A stretch of DNA of 64,000 bases from Octopus vulgaris. Taxonomy: Eukaryota. A model generated the notes under the pieces. The model was not told where the DNA came from and did not search any database. It saw only the letters and a list, made by a program, of their open reading frames with translations. This document shows, one piece after another, positions 1 through 15,562 of the stretch (within the stretch, counting starts at the first letter, position 1; every line of letters starts with the position of its first letter). Location: positions 50,220,001 to 50,284,000 of the forward strand of contig OX597836.1 of the NCBI GenBank assembly GCA_951406725.2, given 5' to 3'. The position numbers were made by a program, and so were the translations under genes.

Positions 1-2499
1 GGAGGGGGGAGAGAGAGAGAGAGAGAGAGAGAGATAAAGAGAGGAAGGTGTAGAGATGGGTATAAAGAGAATGAGTGGTAGAGAAAAAGCAGGCAGCGGA
101 GTGGGAAAGAAAGAATGAAACGAAATAAAGACGAGACTCGTTGGTGGTTGTTGGCAAAGCTGGAGCAAGAGAGAATGTGAAGAACTCTGAATATGTGTGT
201 GTCCGTGTGTCCGTGTGTGTGATGTTGCTGTTGCAGCATTTTCTGTCTGGAGCTGCCAGGGATGGAGGAGGGGGAGGGGAGGAGGAGGGAGGAAGGAGGA
301 GGGAGGAGGAGGAGCGACAGACATATTCGCCTCCTGCTGCCTGTTGCCACACTTCTGTTCTCTTCTTAACTTTTGCTGTCTCAGTCTGCCGCGGATGGGT
401 CGACGCATATCTAAAAGCACACACACACACATTTATGCATATATGCATAAATTTATGTATGGATGTATGTGTGTATGTGTGTATGTGTGTATGTATGTAT
501 GGATGTATGGATGTATGTACACGAGTGGGGTGAGTCAGGTAGCAGACAGAGAGGGAGAAAGAGAGAGAGAGAGGGGGAAAGAGGAAATTTAATAAAGTTG
601 ATAAAAAGCTCAAGCTTATAATTTCCTATTGTTTCATCTGTCAAAGCTTCCGAATTGCTTTCAAGGAACCCCAGCAGCAATAAAATAAAGGTTGGGAGTC
701 GTCGCGGAAAAGCGGAGAGAAAACGTGTCCAGCGAAGGAATAATGATGAGAAAGGTGATGGCGGCGGCGGCGGTAGGGGTGAGGGTGTGACATTAAACCA
801 TAACGACAGATGCAAAATGTTTAAGTATTTAGAGACCAGTTTTATTCGAGAGAATGTTGTTAGCAGTTGTTACTGTTCGATGATTGCTGTTGTCTGTCTT
901 TTTAAGCCTCGACAGAAAAAGGAGTTTGTCAGGGCAGGGGAGATCACTCTTACTGGCTATTTTCACCTTTGGCGCCTTTGCTCTGTGCTTTGTCGATGCC
1001 TCGGAAATTGCATTTTAATATCGATCTCTAATCGAACAGATATTGAGTGGGACTGATAACCTTATCCTCGATAGCCTTATCAAAGAGAAATACAATTATA
1101 AATTCCAAATCTATCTGCTGCAACCGTAGCCCATAGGTTTCTCCTCAACTTTTATTGCCGGCTGAACCATGAGCTGAGATTCTGAATGGCCCGAAACACA
1201 AGCTTAACACGAACTGCACCATTAACAGTCTTCTCCAGTTGGAGGACAGAAGTAAAATAAATAAAAATTCTTGATGTTGGCGATACCAGCACCGAAATCT
1301 AAAACTGGGTTGCTTTGGCCCAGATATGACAGACCAAAGTGCGGAAGAACTTCTCGGAGAGATTCCTGGTCGAAGGAAAAGCTAAGGAACTAAAGCAAAT
1401 AAAAGATCAGGTTCCTTTAATCGGCTGACCATAGAAAGCAGGAGACCTCGGAGGAGCACTGGTTTACAGCTTGACACGCTTTGTAGAACTCAGGTTCTAC
1501 AAATCTGATCCCACTTTTGACTGAATTGTTTAGGGAGCAATTGAACCTTTCGAATGTGAATACAGTCCAAAGATGACAAAATAGCCAAGAAGGGCAGGAA
1601 AAGTTCCTGAGACAAAATTCTTTGTTGAGGTTGCTGACGTTGAGAGAATTCTCGAGGGATTTATCTCCGGAGGAAGATATCTTTAGCTCCAGTATAATAC
1701 CTGGTTAAGAGGAAGAAACCAATAAATGTCGATGTCCACAACAGGTATGCATGGTACAACGACTTATCTGAGTGTATGCAGGTTCAATCTCTTACAAGGG
1801 ACGCAATAAGTTATACAAATCAAGCGAATCGTATTTTGTTTTAAGGAAGATGAATGTCTGAATGTCGCCGACTTCTTTGTCCTGCAGGATGACTTCACCA
1901 ACCACAGTCGCGATAACTTAAGAGGAACTCAGCAATTCAGTGAAACATTCGCATTTGAGGATCAGCAAAAGGATGCTAGAACTAAAGGTCACCTCTTCTA
2001 GATGACATGTGTCATGGTTTATAAGACTACATGGATTATAGTACGACGACTGGGATTATCACTAACATGAAAGCTTGCTACTTCGGCCAGCTTTAGCTCT
2101 CTCCCATATTATTTCAAATGATTAAACTCCCTTAATGACGAGGGTAACCATCAACGGGCTTCTGTCCAAATATATTTTCAACAGGGTCTACAGAGGCCCT
2201 TGATGCAATAACATATCCGTCAGTCATCCTTGCATTGTGCACACAGCATTTCGTAGAGAACAGACAGACCACCAGTCCACTTCACCGAAAGACAATCGTG
2301 TCTTTAAAAATATATACATAAAAAGAAAAAAGATCCCCGAGGATAAATATCAGAGACACAGCATCCTCATCAAATTGAGATGGGATGCCAAAGCCAAAAG
2401 CAAGGGACTGATTTGGAGACTGGAGATTGAACCCTGCGTATTGGTTTACTTGATCAGGGGTACCCAGCAGAAAAGCACTTTGATCAGAGCATCTAAAAG

Positions 2500-4420
2500 G
2501 TTTCCTTTATCGCTGTGACTAATTCCAACTACCGTACAACCATCTGATTATGATCATATTCGCCTATGTTCAAATCAAACTTCTCAACATGTTTCCACAT
2601 TTTGATTCGGATGAAGCTGGTGAAAGAAGATCTGACTATTCTGTTAAACCACCCTAAGTCCCTACGCTCCGATAATCTTTTCATCCATCAACAGCCTTCC
2701 AACCTAAATGTCGAGGGTGGATGTGAGGAGATAAAGAGGGAATAAAAATCTACTGGTCAAAGATGTACTGAACAGCTGAGAGTGGGCCCAAATAAACCAG
2801 TTTCTTCTAGTGAAGCCATAGGGAATGTTGCTGACAGAACCATTAATAGGTCGTTGCTGGTGATTGGAGGTGCTTGGCTTTTGTCACCGCAACGGATGGC
2901 TTGAACACCTTTCCGAGAATCGCCACGGGGTTGTTCGTTTCGACCTGACATAAATAGAAGCTGAATCTCCTTATTGTGTAAGTAAAAATGATATACTGAT
3001 TAATGTAAAAGAGTAAAGACACCCTTCGGTCGTGAATGACCATAGGATTACACCTAGAAAGTTACTCTCGGAAGCACAAGTCCGAGTTAGGTTGTTTATG
3101 GAAGACCAGCAGTCGCCCATGCACACCAACCTCCGCTTTTGGCGATTAATATTACTGAACATAAGACGGGATGGTCATAGTTTGACCGCCTTTAATCATA
3201 GATCTGAGCTGACTTGGGACTTAGCAGCAACAAAAGCCAGTGTATAAATACATATAGGACTGTCTTCAATGTTCTTCTCCCCGCTACACCGAGTCGCTCT
3301 TCGTACCACTTCGTGGACCCAAACAGCGATATAAAATCGGTATTCCCTATGTTGTTGTTTGCTTTGTCTTCGACAACCTGTGTGAGACTTGTCTTTCCCG
3401 TTCGTCTGTGGCACAGTTTTGTGTTGATCAAGAAGCTGCTGCCAAAACGTCAACATGTCGTTCCAACTGTGCGATTTCAGCTGTTAACAGCTGCTCGGTG
3501 ACGTCAACACAATCCAAGACTTGTAAAATTAGTTTTGTTAAGATACGCGTACGTCAGCAGATTCTAATATACTGCCACACTTCTACCAAAACACAGTCGA
3601 AGTGAGGGAAAGAGTTATTAGAAGAATGAGCAGATGTACTTACTACTCACACGTCCAATATTAACGGAACACTTTTTAAACAACTGGTTGATTGGAATTC
3701 AATAACAGCGCTACATGTTTACTCTCTGCCAACATCTGGCAGACAACAGTTTATTTCTCACTACAACAGTATTCAAGGTTCTCTGTCTTTTTAAGAAGAA
3801 TAATGCCACCCATCTCGTGTGCTCCTGAAAGTCCTTCAGGGCAATGTTATATTTACGCCATGACCCAAACATAATACATGGAGAAGACCAGCGGTGAATA
3901 GCAAGTACTTTTGCCTTGGGTTCTCGACAAAACGCATCGGTAAAGCGGTGGTCATGTTTCCAGGGATTAACGGAAGCATTGTCTGCTGGTTTCTGAGCAC
4001 AATTTTTAAAAAATACACCCTGAATTTTCAAAGATTCATGGGCAGTGATCGACATGAATGGAATTACTGCTCGTTGTTATCAGAAGTTTGTTAACCTCGA
4101 GTTATCCGAACCACTACGACCTCAACGATTATGAAAACTCGTTTTCATGTCATCGTGTGCGTCAATTCCCATCATACACTTCGACAATGCAGTACTGGTC
4201 GTTCTCCCTCGGTAAGATAAAGTCCCTTGAATCAGGCAACGTTTTCTTTCTTTTTCTTGTCTTTCTAGTTGCATTTGGTGAGATGTCTACGTCGTCCATA
4301 TTCATGTTGACGCCAATCAATGTTTTATGAGACCATCCTTCTGATCAATTTTCAGAAGCGCACCTCCTGATTCTGAAGTCATACTCAACTTGTGTGCTGG
4401 CCCTTTACAAGGCATCTTGA
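2500..4420 (-). mobile_element. Highly degraded LTR-retrotransposon (Gypsy-like) pol remnant
   Basis: Broken frames give LIGVNMNMDDVDIS (YxDD-like, ~4290) and a possible integrase Zn-finger remnant HTGCRRQSKQQHREY (~3390). Weak. Confidence 0.35.
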
Positions 4421-4832
4421 TATCATAGTCGCTGTTGTTTAGCCCCAGGTCAGATCTGCTCGGATCCAGGGCTATGATCAAAGGTTTTCATTCCAGCCGC
4501 CACAAACCGGTTTCTTTTTTTTTTTTTAAATAAGTAGTAACATTATCCAATGTATATTTTCTTGTCGTGTGTTTCAAGGGAGCTGTTGTAACTGTTCCTT
4601 TCAAAAGCTGAATAACAATGTCGACACTCTGTCGGTCACTGGCTATAACTTACCAACTGATGTAACAGTAGTTTTGGTGTGTTTAGAATTGTTAATATAA
4701 CACTACATCATCCAGTGTGGTTTTTATAAAATGGTAGGAAGATTTGAGAGAAGATCCGGCTGCTATTTCTTACATATCAAGCAACCCAACAGAGACTTCC
4801 TCATTTTCCTCGCTCCACCCTTATATATCTAA

Positions 4833-5360
<528 letters not shown>

Positions 5361-8040
5361 TGTTTCTTTATTAGCCACACAAGGCTGCACAGACAGAACA
5401 AATTACAAGGTAGAGCTTAACTTTTTGGGGGAAAAAAAGGGGGTTGGTTTTCAATCAAAAGGGATCGTAAAAGGAAAGAAAGAGGACAAAAAAGGGGGGG
5501 AGAGGAAAAATAAAGAAAAGGGGAGAGGAAAAAAAAAGTTGATCAATAGGGATCGTAATCACAGAAATGTCAATATGAAGTGTAAAGGGGAGGACAGGTG
5601 AGGTCTACCCGTGGAAAGAAAAGCCTACGGAAAAGACCACGGTAACCTCGGTCAATGAAGTCACATGTTATATTTCTTTTTTTTTTTTTGCAAATAAGCA
5701 ACTCTCTGTATTAATTTTTACGGTTCATAGAATCATAGTCAAGGTGGCTTCGTCATTCATACGTGCCATCCTTGCTACATTCACCCATCTTTTTTTAAAA
5801 TATTCGCTAGACAAAATCTGCCTCTCTACTCTCACTTTCCTCTTCAAGTGATACTTGAAGAAGTTGATGAGAGATTGACCAGAGAGGAAAGTGTTTGTCT
5901 CTAATCCTTTCAGGCGCGTCCACCAGATACATTCTTTCGTCATAGCCACAAGTATGATAAAAATAGCTCTTCCTTCCCGTTTGAAGGAAGGAGGCGTGAT
6001 GATATTAACGATAGACTCGGCTGATAAACCGACACGTCCCACACGTGACAGCAGTTGTTCGACATAAGCCCACAGGTCGGAAATTGCTGGACACTGCACG
6101 ATGGCGTGCAGAGCGGTTTCGTCGCTCTGACCGCATCTCGGGCAGGTCGGCCTCGTGTTTCTCGAGCCATGCCTATAGAGCTTATCCCGAACGGGTAGCG
6201 CTTCTCGGTAGCACCGCCAGACCAGGGATCTCTGGAAGTTGTCCATAGGTCCCGGGCCGAAAGTCGTTTGAAACAGACGGGTCAGGTATTCCTCGTCGAC
6301 GCCCAGGTTTGCCCCGAGATCGTCGTCGTACCTCCCCTCCACTAATCCTCTATAGAATGCTTTGGTTGTGTTGAAGTCACTCAAGGTCGACCCGGGACGG
6401 CAGAGTTGCTTGAGAGCAACGCGACACTCGCGGTGCCATTCGCCCTTCCTCGGCCTCTTTTTGATGCACGACTGCAGTTCGGTCATGGAGACGAGTTGCG
6501 GGAATGCGTGCCTCACAACGGCGACCACACCTGTTCATCGTCGTCTACATAGAGCCGGAGATGTCGCAGTCTCAGCGCGTGTCTGCGCATCATCAACCAC
6601 GGCATGCCCAGCCCTCCTTTTAACGGGTGTTGACAGCAAATGGATCGCCTGACCATCGGGACGCATCCTTTCCACAAGAAGCGGAAGAGAATGCGTTCTA
6701 GTTTGGTGATGGTAGGGTCGGGACAAGGTACGACGGTCAGGCGGTAGTAGATGATGGACGCGATGTACGTGTTCTCCACATCCGCCCGACCTTTTAGGGA
6801 CAGTTTCCTCTCGACCCATTGCTGGGCGAGAGTGACCACCCTACTCGTTATCTCGTTCCAGTTCTTCTCCATTTGGAGGTCCGGACCGAACCAGACCCCG
6901 AGGAACTCAACCGGGCCGTCTGTCCAGCGTCCCACGACGGAGGTACTGGTGGACGGCATGGGCTTGCTTCTCCAAGTGCCGAGCCGCAACTTTTCCCGGT
7001 TGATTTTTGCTCCTGTCACCGCTTCGTAGTCTTTCAGTGTCCTGCCGACCCGCTCGATGTGCTCGTGGCTTGACACTATGACGGTGACGTCGTCCACGTA
7101 TGCAGACACGCTCGTCCCGCATCCCAATTCTCGCGGGATGCCCCTCAGAGTCGCCAGCTTCCGCAGTAGTGGCTCAAGAGTCAATACGTATAGAAGCGCC
7201 GAGAGGGGGCATCCCTGACGGACCGAACGTGCAATGTCGAAAGGTCTCAATAGATATCCATTTACGCGAATTACCGAACGGATGCCTCTGTACAAGGCAG
7301 CTATCCAGCCGCGGAAGACGAGACCGAAACCAGCCGCTCTCAGGACTGCCTCCAAGTATCGATGGTCTACCCTATCGAAGGCTTTCAATTGATTCAAGTT
7401 GATCAGGGCCCCACCCATGCCAGGTTCGTTAACTACCCTGTCTATGATGTAGCGCATCAGATGGAGGTTGTCATGGATGCTCCGGCCCGGCACGGCGCAC
7501 GTTTGTGCGTTGTCGACCAGTTTCTCGATGACAAGCGGCAACCTCTTGGCTAACACCTTTGTCAAAATTTTCAGGTCTGCATTGAGCAGAGTGATTGGTC
7601 TAAAGTTATCTATAATGTTCCCCTTGTTTGGATCTTTCTTCAGCAGCGTTACGGCTCCTCGACTCACAAAACCGGGTATGCTCCCGTTTTGCTGCCAGTT
7701 GCAGTATACCGCTGCCAAGACGTCTCCAAACAAGTCTGGCATACAATTGTAAAACTCGTAGGGCAGACCATCCAAACCCGGCGATTTGTCTCTCGAGCAT
7801 TCTGCCATCGCGTCCCGCACATCCGCCGCCGTGATGGCACCTTCGCAGCACTCTGCCTCTCTTGCCGAGAGTCGTGGCAGGCTGTGCAGGTAAGCACTGA
7901 AGTCCACCCTGCGTTCACGCTCGCCACTCGTCCCGTACAGTCGGGCAAAGTGCCGCTGAAATGCCTCGCACATCTTGCTGGGCTCGAGCAATTCGCGCCC
8001 TTGTTCATCTACCAGAGACCGAATGGTGGCTTTGTTGCCA
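5361..8040 (-). mobile_element. 5'-truncated Tx1/L1-clade LINE (ORF2 RT + C-terminal zinc knuckle + 3'UTR), inactivated
   Basis: ORFs 6513-7991 (KSPGLDG, FRPITLLNAD, KAFDRV, VRQGCPLS, YVDD) and 5725-6528 (CPRCGQSDETALHAIVQC) are joined by a 1-nt frameshift near 6515. AATAAA at the 3' end. CpG-rich, so young. Both flanks are (GATA)n. Confidence 0.95.
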
Positions 8041-8060
8041 GATAGATAGGTGGATGGATG

Positions 8061-8164
<104 letters not shown>

Positions 8165-8967
8165 TCTGTTGGTGTAAAGAATAGATTGACTATAGGAAAC
8201 ATTTGGCAATGATAAGGAATATGGCTCCGCTAAATTAGAGTTCTGGGTAGAAAGAGAGATTTTGACATTAATTCGAAAGACTGGAGGGAGGATTGCAGTA
8301 TTGTCTGTGCGATGTGTCGTATTAATTTAAAGATGAGAAAGAGGGAAATAAATGAATTGAGAAAACGGCCAGGTATTAATAACATCGGTTGAAAGGAAGA
8401 AATGTGCGAATAGGAATTCAGAATGGAAAACGATGGCACTTGTTGTGGTTGTGTATGAGAACGACATTTAAGTTTATCTCGGCAATTTTTCGAAGACCAA
8501 CATTCTCTGTTGCAGAGTGGAATGGCATTTGTGTTTCTGACCAGTTTCTATTGCAACCATCCATTTGTTTTTGTAATTGAGTTACTTTTGTAAATTGCTA
8601 AACACGTTTCATAAACATTCAGCGTTAAGAGGGCACGTGTCTGAGGGATACTCGGCCATTTTACATGCTAATGTGAGTAGAAGGCAGATCTGCTGATTAA
8701 ACAGCTGAAATACTCATCGACGGAGATTCATTTACACGCGCGCGCGCGCACTCTCCCTCTCTCTCTCCCCTCCACCCCCTCCACACACGCAGTCGCTGCA
8801 ACCAGTAAATACGTTGGGAAGGCTTTTGTTGTTTCACTATCGATTTCTTTATAAATTATGATTATTATTATTGATGGGAATAAATATCTGCGAGGAACAA
8901 CGAAGCTTTTTGTTTGTGCAACAAGTTCAACTTAGCCGGAGGTGGGGACGAAGATCAATGAAACCGG

Positions 8968-9307
<340 letters not shown>

Positions 9308-12300
9308 GAAAATGGGACAAGAAAGCAAAACATCCGGACAGTTAGGTGATAGAAAAATGAGACAACAAAACATCGAGACAGACGATACAAAGAAACAAGG
9401 ATGGGTCATCTGAAGTTTTCTTTCCTCAGTCAAGCACCAGAAGCGCAGGAGTTGCTAAAGGTGGTGCTCCAGCATGGCCGCAATCAAATGACTGAAACAA
9501 AAGAATAAATATGTATATATACACACACACACACATATATATACATACATACATACACACACAATATACATATAAATGTACATATATACATACATAAATA
9601 CATACATACGCACATACATGCATACATATATATACATACATTCACACACACAAAAATATATACATACATACTTTCTTGATTGCTGTACATAATTCTATGT
9701 ACAGTACAGGCACCTTTGATGAGTTGTGTACCTGAACCATTATTATTATTATTATCATTATCCATACCTACGTGTGTACCCACGCACTCATACACACACA
9801 CAGCTGTAAGATTGACAGGTAGACAGGTAGACAGGTAGACAGACAGACGTGTTGGCGTAGGTATGTACGTTTAACACATTCAAAGATTACGCAAAAAAAA
9901 TATCTCAAAAAAGAAGACATCCTGGGTCATAAATGCGAAGTTGGGCCCATATTCGATGGCCCCTTCTGAAAAAAAAAAAAGTGCTGAAGTCGAGATGTGC
10001 TTAAGACAGCCGCCCACCTTTTATGCCTCCATCAACCTGGAATCTTACAACCGAAATTGTTGAGGAGGGGGGGGAACGTTCCAAGGGAGATAATTCCCAA
10101 GTAATGCTTCTTTTTTCGCTGTTGAGACAATAAAAACGGTTGACAATTTATGCATTCACGGGATTTCTAAGTACGTGTGCACTCACACACACACGTAACT
10201 TAGCAGTTCGGCAAAATAGACCAACAGAATAAGTATCAGGTTTTACAAAAAAAAATGTACTGAAGTCGATTCGTTTGATTAAATTTTTGCAAGGCAGATG
10301 CCCCAGCATGGGCACAGTCTAATAACTGAAACAAGGATAAAAGATGAAAGGGGTGTGTGTGTGTGTGCGTGTGCGTGTGTCTGTGTGTGTGCGTGTGTGT
10401 GTGTGTGTGTGCGTGTGCGTGTGTCTGTGTGTGTGTGTGTGTGTGCGTGTGCGTGTGTCTGTGTGTGTGTGTGTGGTTGTTTTCCCTTTCTGTATCTAAT
10501 TGCAAACAATTTCCACCATCACACGAATAATGATTTTAGTTTTCAGTCTTCTGTGAAAACACGTGCAGAGTCAGGGAAGAGATGAGGTTTAGCAACAGGA
10601 AGAGCATCGGGTCATAGAAAGAAAAATCTGACCCGTGCAAGAATAGAAAAGTGGACATTAAAAACAATTGTCATGATGATGATGTCGATGACGATGAGGA
10701 TGACGAAGGCGACGATGTAGATGATGCAACATTTTTGATCAATATTAAACGCTTCGCCTTCTCAATAAGTTATGCTTTGTGCAAACTAATAATTTAGACA
10801 TTCCAGGTAGAGAAGACAAGTAAAGACATAATAAGCTCTTAGTTATTATTGAACTGAAAGAGAACTTAAAGGAGTAAAAAAACATATAACATTGATAATA
10901 TAAACGAATGTGAATACCACATTCTGGACATCGATGGTGTAACCCATCCGGCCCACGATCTTCATCTCTATTTCTCACATAAAATGGCGACAGTTTATAT
11001 ACAAACATTTAATATATTACTCTCAATTTCGTCTGTCTTTATGTTCTGAGTTCAAATTCCGCTGAGGTCGACTCTGCCTTATATCCTTTCGTGGTCGATA
11101 AATTAAGTACCAGTTGCGTCCTGGTGTCGATCTAAAATTTCGGGCCTTGTTCCTGGAGTAGAAAAGAATATTTTGCTCTCCTTGTTTGTTGAATTTTTTC
11201 ATTTATTCTACTTTCTTGTTCTGCGTACTTTGTACTGACAGAAATCAATAAATCAAAATCATTTCATAAACATTTTCTCATTATACATACTTTGATGTGC
11301 TTATATATTTCACTTTATCCTGTTCGTGTATATACTTCCCACCACATCTTGATGGGGGTGAGGGCCTCAATATTTTTATTCCAGTTAGATGAGAGGAACA
11401 GAGACAGCACTGATAACCTTGTCAGACGGCATCACAGCCATCATTAACCACCTCCAAGATTTGTGAAATCAGTTCAGTCGATGTCCAACTCGAACTTAGG
11501 CTGACCAATAGTTGCAGTAAAAATGTATGCAAGAAAGGAGTGTCCGAAGGTTGAGTCTTGAGAGTAACAGAAGGGGAAGGGCGTTTGATACAAGATTTAG
11601 TTGGATAAGCCATCTGAGAAGGAATGGCAGAGTTGTTAAGGGATTTAAAGCTAGTTAGTTCAAATCCTTCCAAGGTCAATAGTTTTTGCTATCTTTTCTT
11701 TTTTGAGACAGAAAGTAACAAAACGTAACCATTCAAGATTTTGAATTGGTAAACGGTAAGAACAAGGAACCAGACAACTTGTGGTATTTCTCCCATCTCT
11801 TTGTGTACTGAGATATGAGGGCACCTCCTTCTCTCCCTCTTCAGGCCCTATATCGGGTGATGACCACTGTCTTCCCTTTTGTCTGCATCATCATTACCAT
11901 CCTGCTGATCTCTCCGACCCTTTTTTTCTGCACAATCAGTCATCCCCTACACACTTCTCTCCCCAATTTATGCTTTGTTGGTCATCCTCCATCCTTTGTC
12001 CATCCCTCACTAAATCCACCCGTCAATCTTTCCCAACCTTTACAGTGGTCACCTCCCCTTCAATCCCCTCACCCATTACCCATCTCTCACTATCCCCCAC
12101 CATACACTCTTTCAAACTCCACCCCACCGATTCTCCTCATTTTTCTGACCCCATTCAATTCTACCCACCCTTTTACCTGGAGGGTCTACCCACACTTGTC
12201 TCTTCCCACCTCTATCCCAACCACACTCACCTTCTCTTCTAAAATGTAACCCCTTTCAGTAACAAACCTCTTCTTCTCTGGCCCCTTCTCTCCTAACATA

Positions 12301-12626
12301 AAGCTGCCTGCCCTGGGGCTCATGGCAACCTCATTATGGCTGGTGCCACATGAAAAGAACCCAACACACTCTGTAAAGTGGTCGGCATGTTAGGAAGGGC
12401 GTCCAGATGTGGAAACCATGCCGAAGCAGGCAATGGAAAATGATGGAGCAACCGTTAAGACCATCAGATGCTGCCAAACTGTCCAACCATTGCCAGCATC
12501 AAGCATGAACGTTAAATGATGATTATGACGATGATGATGATGGTGGTGGTGGTGGTGGTGGTGGTGGTGGTGGTGGTGGTGGTGGTGGTGGTGGTGGTGG
12601 TGTGGCAAGGAAGGCAGTGATGGTGA

Positions 12627-12660
<34 letters not shown>

Positions 12661-12686
12661 TGTGATAATGGTGATGACGATGATGA

Positions 12687-12720
<34 letters not shown>

Positions 12721-12726
12721 GCTGCT

Positions 12727-12757
<31 letters not shown>

Positions 12758-13346
12758 ATGATGATGCTCTATAAATAAGTTCTAAGTTATGATTTTCCCC
12801 ATGAATCAGATGTTTTTTTTCTCTTTCGGTGTGTGAAAGTGGCACTGCCCCAGATTTGTAAGAAACATAGTTACACGTGGAATGCACTTTGTGCCTGGAA
12901 GAAGGTCAGAAGCTGTTCAAAGCTAAAGAGTTTTTTGACCCTGAAGAGTAAACCATCAGAGGAATAACGGTTCTGGCTTGATTCCATCACTGGAATCACA
13001 AGGAAAGGTCATCTGAGATTGTGAAGGATATTCACTTGTAAAGATTCTGAAGGTTTGAAGTGATGAGTTGTTCAGAAAAAAGAAAAGACAATGTGCTCTG
13101 GGATTCCTTGGTAGACGTAGACAGACATGATGTCTTGACACACTGAAATGGTTCTCTCTGCTAACGTCTCCCGGCCAAGATGCTTGCAATGTTGTTCCAA
13201 ACAGATGCTCTGCATGGCTTCTGTTGAGAATAACAAGAAATATCCAAGTACCGGTAATGTGTACGGGGGAATGATTAAGTCAACTTAATATCATTATACA
13301 CACACACACACACACACACACATATTGTATCGTGGTGAATTTAGAA

Positions 13347-13418
13347 ATCATCACCATCATCGTTATCACCAACACCATCATCATCATCATCATCATCACT
13401 ACCACCACCACCACCACC

Positions 13419-13452
<34 letters not shown>

Positions 13453-13959
13453 CCACAATCACCACCACCATCATCATCATCACCACCACCACCACCACCA
13501 CCACCACCATCATCTTCATCACCACCACCATCATCTTCATCATCATCATCACCACCACTACCACCACCACCACCACCACAACCACCACCACCATCATCAT
13601 CATCACCACCACCACCATCATCTTCATCACCACCACCATCACCACCACCACCACCACCATCACAACCACCACCACCACCATCATCTTCATCACCACCACC
13701 ATCACCACCATCATCTTCATTATCATCACCACCACCACTACTACCACCACAACCACCACCACCATCACCACCACCACCACCACCATCATCATCATCACCA
13801 CCACCACCATCATCTTCATCACCACCACCATCACCACCACCACCACCACCATCACAACCACCACCACCACCATCATCTTCATCACCACCACCACCACCAC
13901 CATCATCTTCATTATCATCACCACCACCACTACCCACCACCACCACCACCACCATCATC
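13347..13959. repeat. (CAC/CAT)n compound trinucleotide array with higher-order duplication
   Basis: Direct inspection. Variant triplets CTT, CAA and CTA recur in the same order in successive blocks. Confidence 0.95.
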
Positions 13960-14562
13960 AGTTTTATGAGTGACAATACTTTTGGTTTATGTTACATAAA
14001 ATAATGCCGACTACAATGAATACATTTAAGTACCAGTCAACTAATGGGAGTCGTTGTTATTGACTATTCCCCCTCCCCTCAAAGTGGCTGACCCCCGTAG
14101 CTAAATCGGCAACCATTGCTGTTGTCATCATTGCCGTTACTAATTGCTGTTGTCATTGAAATGTCACAAGGCTACCAAAATAAGAATATGGCAACCGACG
14201 CCGACATCAAAATAGAAACAAACCAAAACAAATTGAGAAATAGAGGAAAGAGGCTACGAAAGGGAAGGGGTGTGAATGTGTGCAGCTATATATATATATG
14301 GGTATGTGTCTGTGGTTGCGTGCACATAGATTTGCTAGATACGTTACATATATGTGTGTGTGTGTGTGTGTTTATATATATATATAATTTTTATAATAAC
14401 TTAGGATAAAATTAATTAATTCATTCATAATTTTACCAAGTAGTCAGTACATTATAAAAACCTTTTTAGGTAAATTATACAAAATATTCTATAATTATAT
14501 ACATAATTATAAGCAGGTCTGCTGGGTAAAATTATTAATAAATATATATATTTATATATATA

Positions 14563-14768
14563 TAGTTAATCCAAACAAGAAAGCACAAAAAAACACAACA
14601 ACGTGAGGATGTGGAACAAATATAGTATTATTGGACGCTCAGGAAAGAAGGAAAGAAGGAGGGTTTAACATTTCGAGTGGAGCTCTTCATCAGAAACATA
14701 GGAGAAGGAAAGATCCAGAGAATGGAAGACGGAGGAAAAAAATCACCAACGGTACATACGAGGTCATA
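14563..14768 (-). mobile_element. Short Penelope-terminus-like repeat carrying a hammerhead motif (copy 1)
   Basis: Same family as 37515-37713, with (TA)n on both sides. Confidence 0.6.
14663..14697 (-). ncRNA. Minimal hammerhead motif, CpG-decayed
   Basis: GUUU CUGAUGA A GAGC-UCC-ACUC GAAA UGU U AAAC. Confidence 0.55.
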
Positions 14769-14784
14769 TATGTATATATGTACG

Positions 14785-14825
<41 letters not shown>

Positions 14826-15260
14826 ATATAAATAATTATATATATATATATATGTATGCATGGATATGTATATATATACACACACACACACATATATATA
14901 TACATATAGGTGTGTGTGTGTGCATGTGTGGCACAAGTGAGCTCTCGACACACATATTCCATTGATCGAGTGATAATCCCACAGCATTAGTGGAAACTAA
15001 TTGCAGAGAGTTCTATCCTCGTGTCTCCACCAGAGCAGAATGTCTTTGTCAAAAACAGGTACATCAATATGAAAGAGCTCAGTTCACCTGACTGTAAGCG
15101 GGTACCAAAGGATACACAAGATTGACATTGTAAGCAAAAGCAGCAGTTCCAAATCTCTGTATGTTTGGCTAACATCCAGTTCTAAGTTCAACTCTGCTTT
15201 GGAGGACAGCTTGGCAAGGAATGGGTTGTACCAGGTTGACTTGCCCTACACACACATACA

Positions 15261-15311
<51 letters not shown>

Positions 15312-15562
15312 GTATTCATATATAAATCCAAAAACTGGAACAGCAACACAACAGATGACAATAAGACATCCTGACAGGTAGACGATACAAAGACGAGGGA
15401 AAAACAACAAAAAGACAGACAAGAAAAAAACAAGGGTCGGTCATTCGTGGCTTTCTCTCCTCAGTCAAGTTTCCAGATTATCCTTTCAATCAGTTACCCT
15501 TGAAACTGCTCAAATCTGGCTGGCCCCAAAATTCTAAGCTAAGAGCATTAAGTATATAAATA

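Noticed and set aside
1-830. Possible 5'UTR or first exon of a neighbouring gene
   Set aside because: CpG-containing and GA-rich, but no convincing ORF or splice pair. Cannot be supported.
5725-7991. Possible active or domesticated reverse transcriptase
   Set aside because: 5'-truncated with no endonuclease, frameshifted, and the conserved Asp before KAFD reads Asn. This is a dead copy.
13280-13976. Long His-, Thr/Ile-, Val/Met- and Gly/Asp-rich ORFs
   Set aside because: Stop-free frames of a CAC/CAT microsatellite, with no splice or domain support.
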